NCBI GenBank assembly: GCA_032718475.1
Contig: JAUCBJ010002368.1
Location: 1-49,093, forward strand
Origin: Nemertoderma westbladi
Taxonomy: Eukaryota; Animalia; Xenacoelomorpha
DNA: 49,093 nucleotides
Direction of reading: 5' to 3'
The translations under genes and the position numbers were made by a program. How positions within the stretch are numbered: position 1 is the first letter of the stretch; every line of letters begins with the position of its first letter. Shown piece after piece: positions 45,101 through 49,093 of this stretch. A model generated the notes under the pieces. The model ran no database searches. It worked only from the letters and a program-made list of their open reading frames with translations, and was not told where the DNA came from.

Positions 45101-48100
45101 CATGGCTGATCTCATGTCATTCCTAGATGGAGAAGTGAAATTACAGCTCCTGAAACTGTCCAGAGAGAAGACACCGGAAAACAAGGTAAGTGAAAAACCC
45201 GTCTCTAGGAGAAAGGTAACACCAGTGTGTTATACAGACGACGGCGAAAGCCAGACTTCTCAAGGAGAAGATAGCGGGAAAGACACGGATAGATCTTATT
45301 ACATGAATAAAATGCCTAAAGATCAGGTAAGTAAATTCAAGTCTCGAACAAATGACAGGAGAGAACAGGTAAGAAAAACTCCTCCTACATCTCCCAAGAG
45401 AATTCAGGTGAGAAAGCCCGAAGAAAAAGCAAGTGTACACAATGTTACCCAAAATAAGGTAAGTAACATCAAACCGAAATGTGCGCTGTGCGACGGGACC
45501 CACCGTTTGAATATGTGTGATGAATTCCTGAAGAAATCATTATCGGAGAGACGAGAAGTCATGTGGGATAAGCGGTTATGTTATAATTGCCTCAGACAAG
45601 GACACCAACGGCGAACCTGTTTCTCTGACATAAGGTGTGCAAAGTGTGGTGCGAAACATCATATCTTGTTGCACGCTGAATTCGAGCGAAATAGTCCGAA
45701 TCAGGTAAGTGATTCCGAACTACATGTCCAATTCAGTGATGTGAACGACACTGATCAATCTGAGATGGAAGGATTCTATACGGACGAGTTCTCCGACGAA
45801 AACGAATCCTGTTATATGATAAATACCACAGTGTATCGAGCACTCATTTATGAAAAAGATATAGACAGCGACTTCACTCTAACTACTTCTGAACGACAAC
45901 CATCTTGGAAAGAGCCATCTTCCAATGTAGGGATCCGAGAGTTTCCTGTGGTGCAAGTAAGGGTTCACGGACCTAAGAGGAGTTATGTAGTAAACGCCCT
46001 CCTTGACTCCGGTAGTACAGGGACATTCATCGACAAAGAGCTAGCCGAAGATATATTTGCTGGACAACCCAAGTTCCAAACTAAGCTCAACATGTCCGGC
46101 ATTATGCAAGTTTGGAAATCTACAATAACAGCGGATTATTATGTAGGAGCGTTGTCCACCCCCCAGGACGAACTAGGAGAACATAGCATAAGGTCAGTGA
46201 AAATGGTGGCTATAAAGAACTTCGCTACTACTCAAGCAGACCTTTATAATTGGGATGAGGATGAGAGCATCCAACATCTTAACATACCTCGATTCCAGAC
46301 TGATTATCCTGGAGTGCAAATACTCATCGGCCAAAACGCGCATGAGGCGCTGGAGACATTAGAGAAACGGCCTGCTCAACCGCAGCCACTACAGACCTAT
46401 GCGGTAAGAACTAGAGTAGGTTGGTACTTTACTGGCCCTTCCCGTAGAACACTCAGAGAAAGACTACCGCAAGAGCGCGTCTACCAGGTGAGTGAATGGG
46501 AAGATGATACTAGTGAGGGAGACGACTTAACTGAGGGAACTCCATACTCCTCAGATAACGACGACATTCACCAGCTTTTTGATGAGGAGAATACCATCGA
46601 TCTCCTTAAGGAAAACGAGGCTTGGCAAAACCAAGTGAACTTATGTCAACTTCTTTATCCATCTGAACGAGAAGCTTATAACGACGAGCTAAATGATGTC
46701 ATTGAGCGTTGTAATGCCAAGACTCGAGATGAACATGCCGTACGATTCTTTACGCAAGAGGCGGTAGAGCCCAATTCCTACGATAAAGCCTTGTCAGTGG
46801 AAGAGGAAAGGGCCAAGCAGATCCAAGAGACAACTACACGTTTCCTCAAAGATCAAGGTAGGTATGAAGTCGGTCTACCTTTCCGCAAGAAAGAACCGAA
46901 GTTCATCAATAACAGACCCTTGGCGGAAAAAAGAATCGCGCAACTCCATCGACGCCTTACGGCTAATTCTTCAGCTAAAGCAATGTATCAAACACAGCTG
47001 GAGAAATTTATTAGTAAGGGATACGCGGAGAGAGTACCGGAAGAAACACCTGTGACTGAAAGAACGTATTACTTAACTCACCATTACGTTCCTAAACCCG
47101 GTAAGCCACATGAAGTGAGAGTAGTGTTTGATGGCTCCGCTCTTTACATGGGTCAATCCCTTAACTCTGAATTGTTACCCGGACCCAACTTGCTTCAATC
47201 TTTGTTGGGAATTCTTTTAAGATTGAGACAATATTCGATTGCTTTCGCCTCCGATATAGAAGGCATGTTCTTACAAGTCAAGGTGCTAGATAGGGATCGA
47301 GATAGTCTACGATTTCTGTGGTGGCCCGAAGGAGACCTCAACCTGAAACCGGTGGAGTACTGGATGACCATCCAGGCCTTTGGGATAATCTCAAGCCCTT
47401 CCAACGCCTGTTCGGTAGTGCGTACCACTGCAGAGGACAACCGAGAGGCCTTCTCTAAGGAAGTGATCGACAACATCAAGAGAGACATATACATGGACGA
47501 CAATCTGAAGTCCCTTCCATCAGTTAAGGAAGCCATTGAGGTCGCTAAAGGAACGGTAGAGTGCTTAAAAAGAGGTGGGTTTCGATTAACAAAATTCACC
47601 AGCAACTCCCGTGAGTTTCTGGAGTCGATCCCTGCGGAAGATCGAGGGGCGAAAGATCTAGATTTGATTAAAGATGATCTGCCTGAAACCAAGACACTCG
47701 GCTTGAAATGGGACACAGAGCGAGATATCCTGTTTTTCCAGCTAAAACAGCGAGATAATCCAGTTCGAACCAAACGGATTTGCTTAAGTATACTGAGCAC
47801 TTATTTCGATCCATTGGGATTTATTAGCCCAGTTATATTGCTTGCTCGTAGTTTGGTACAACAAATGTGGCTTGAAAACCACTCATGGGACGATCCACTT
47901 AAGGGAGAATTATTGAAGAAGTGGATGGAATGGGAAGATTCTCTGCCGGCAATCGAGGATTTTATAATTTCCCGTTCATATTTTGGTCATGTTCTCCCTA
48001 CGTATTCCTATCAACTCCATGTGTTTGGAGACGCCAGCGATATGGGAATAGGTATAGTAGCCTATCTAAGGGTGGAAACTCCGGATGGAATCAAAGTCGC

Positions 48101-49093
48101 CTTGGTTACTTCTAAGGCATTAATCAACAACAAGTTGAAAGTTCCTCGAGCGGAGTTAAAAGCGGCTCTATACGCTACAGCCATCGGCCGGAATGTAACA
48201 GAACAGATTGACTATCCATTAGAGAAAACTGTCTATTGGACCGACGCTTTACTCGTGTTAGAGTATATAACCAATGAAGTCTGTCAGTTCAGCGTCTTCG
48301 TTACCAACAGAGTAGCCATCATACTTAGTCGCACGACGATGGATCAGTGGAGACATTGCCCCGGAACGATTAATCCAGCAGACATCGCTTCCAGGGGAGC
48401 GACTCCAAAGGAATTGGTAAATACTCCCGAATGGTTAGGAGGACCCGACTTTCTCTACAGAGAAGAAGAAGAATGGCCTCCCCATCTCACAACAGCAGAG
48501 ATCAGACAGGCCAAGGGAGCGGAGAAAGTTAAACCCAAAACTCGAGCGAGTAAATCGAAGTTGTTTAAACCTGCAGTTGATCTATCTGTATTATTTACTT
48601 CCGGAGATGATGCTTTGGATCAGAAACCCACCGCCACGACTAAAGAAGTCTTGGAAATCCGTGACAAGGATTGGAAATCTGGAATACCAGATATCGCGCA
48701 AGGACTCTCACCTCTCCTGCAGAGAGCGATACGTCACTACAGTTCCTGGAATCGGCTCTGTAAAGCTGTCACCTATTTAAAACGATGTTTTCATCATCGT
48801 TACTCCGGGACAAAGACCAATAGTGATGATGCTCCATCAACATCTGCACGAGTCCATGTTGTTAAAGATCTTCCTAAATACAAGATATCCGACAGGTTTC
48901 TAAAGGAGAAGATCAGTTACCAGGAGCATGATGAAACCAACAAACAGATGCTGAGACTCCTACAATGCTATGAGGATTCCGATAAGTATTTCCTGTTATT
49001 AAGAAATCCACAGATGCGCTTAAGGGATCGCTTCTCTAGTACCATGATAGATGGGTTAATACGTGTTGGAGGTAGGCTGACCAACGCCCCATT
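42164..49093 (+). pseudogene. BEL gag-pol of copy 2, frameshifted by a 10-bp insertion at 44369-44378; appears open from there to the window end
   Basis: ATG at 42164. Copy 1 reads ATGTGTCAACCTG where copy 2 reads ATGTGTCAAGTACTGTCAACCTG. Same Gag, PR, RT and RH motifs. Confidence 0.92.

Larger units (their letters stand above)
38779..49093 (+). mobile_element. BEL/Pao LTR retrotransposon, copy 2 (3' part outside the window)
   Basis: 5' LTR, ~2.2 kb leader, then gag-pol colinear with copy 1 (same offset of 43294 at 44375 and at the window end). Confidence 0.93.

Overview
Eukaryotic, transposon-dense DNA, probably from an invertebrate (inferred from the TE families, poly(A)/TSD LINE and satellites); no host gene can be called with confidence. 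In order: (1) the 3' ~14 kb of a very large BEL/Pao LTR retrotransposon (gag-pro-RT-RH-IN, a ~6 kb extra 3' region, a 1198-bp 3' LTR); (2) a minus-strand Mag-like Ty3/Gypsy element whose gag is split by a hAT-type MITE (8-bp TSD), which itself holds a full-length APE-RT LINE (15-bp TSD); (3) small non-autonomous repeats and a Gypsy RH-IN fragment with a 110-bp LTR; (4) the 3' end of a different, purine-rich LTR element; (5) two abutting satellites (85-bp and 55-bp units); (6) the 5' part of a second copy of the BEL element. The best candidate for a new system: two LTR elements with unalignable LTRs each carry, where env would sit, a homologous gene for a WRN/EXD/Mut-7-type DEDDy 3'-5' exonuclease fused to three Zn knuckles. 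The gene is visible only after reading through stops and frameshifts. All protein calls come from motif reading by eye; no database search was run.
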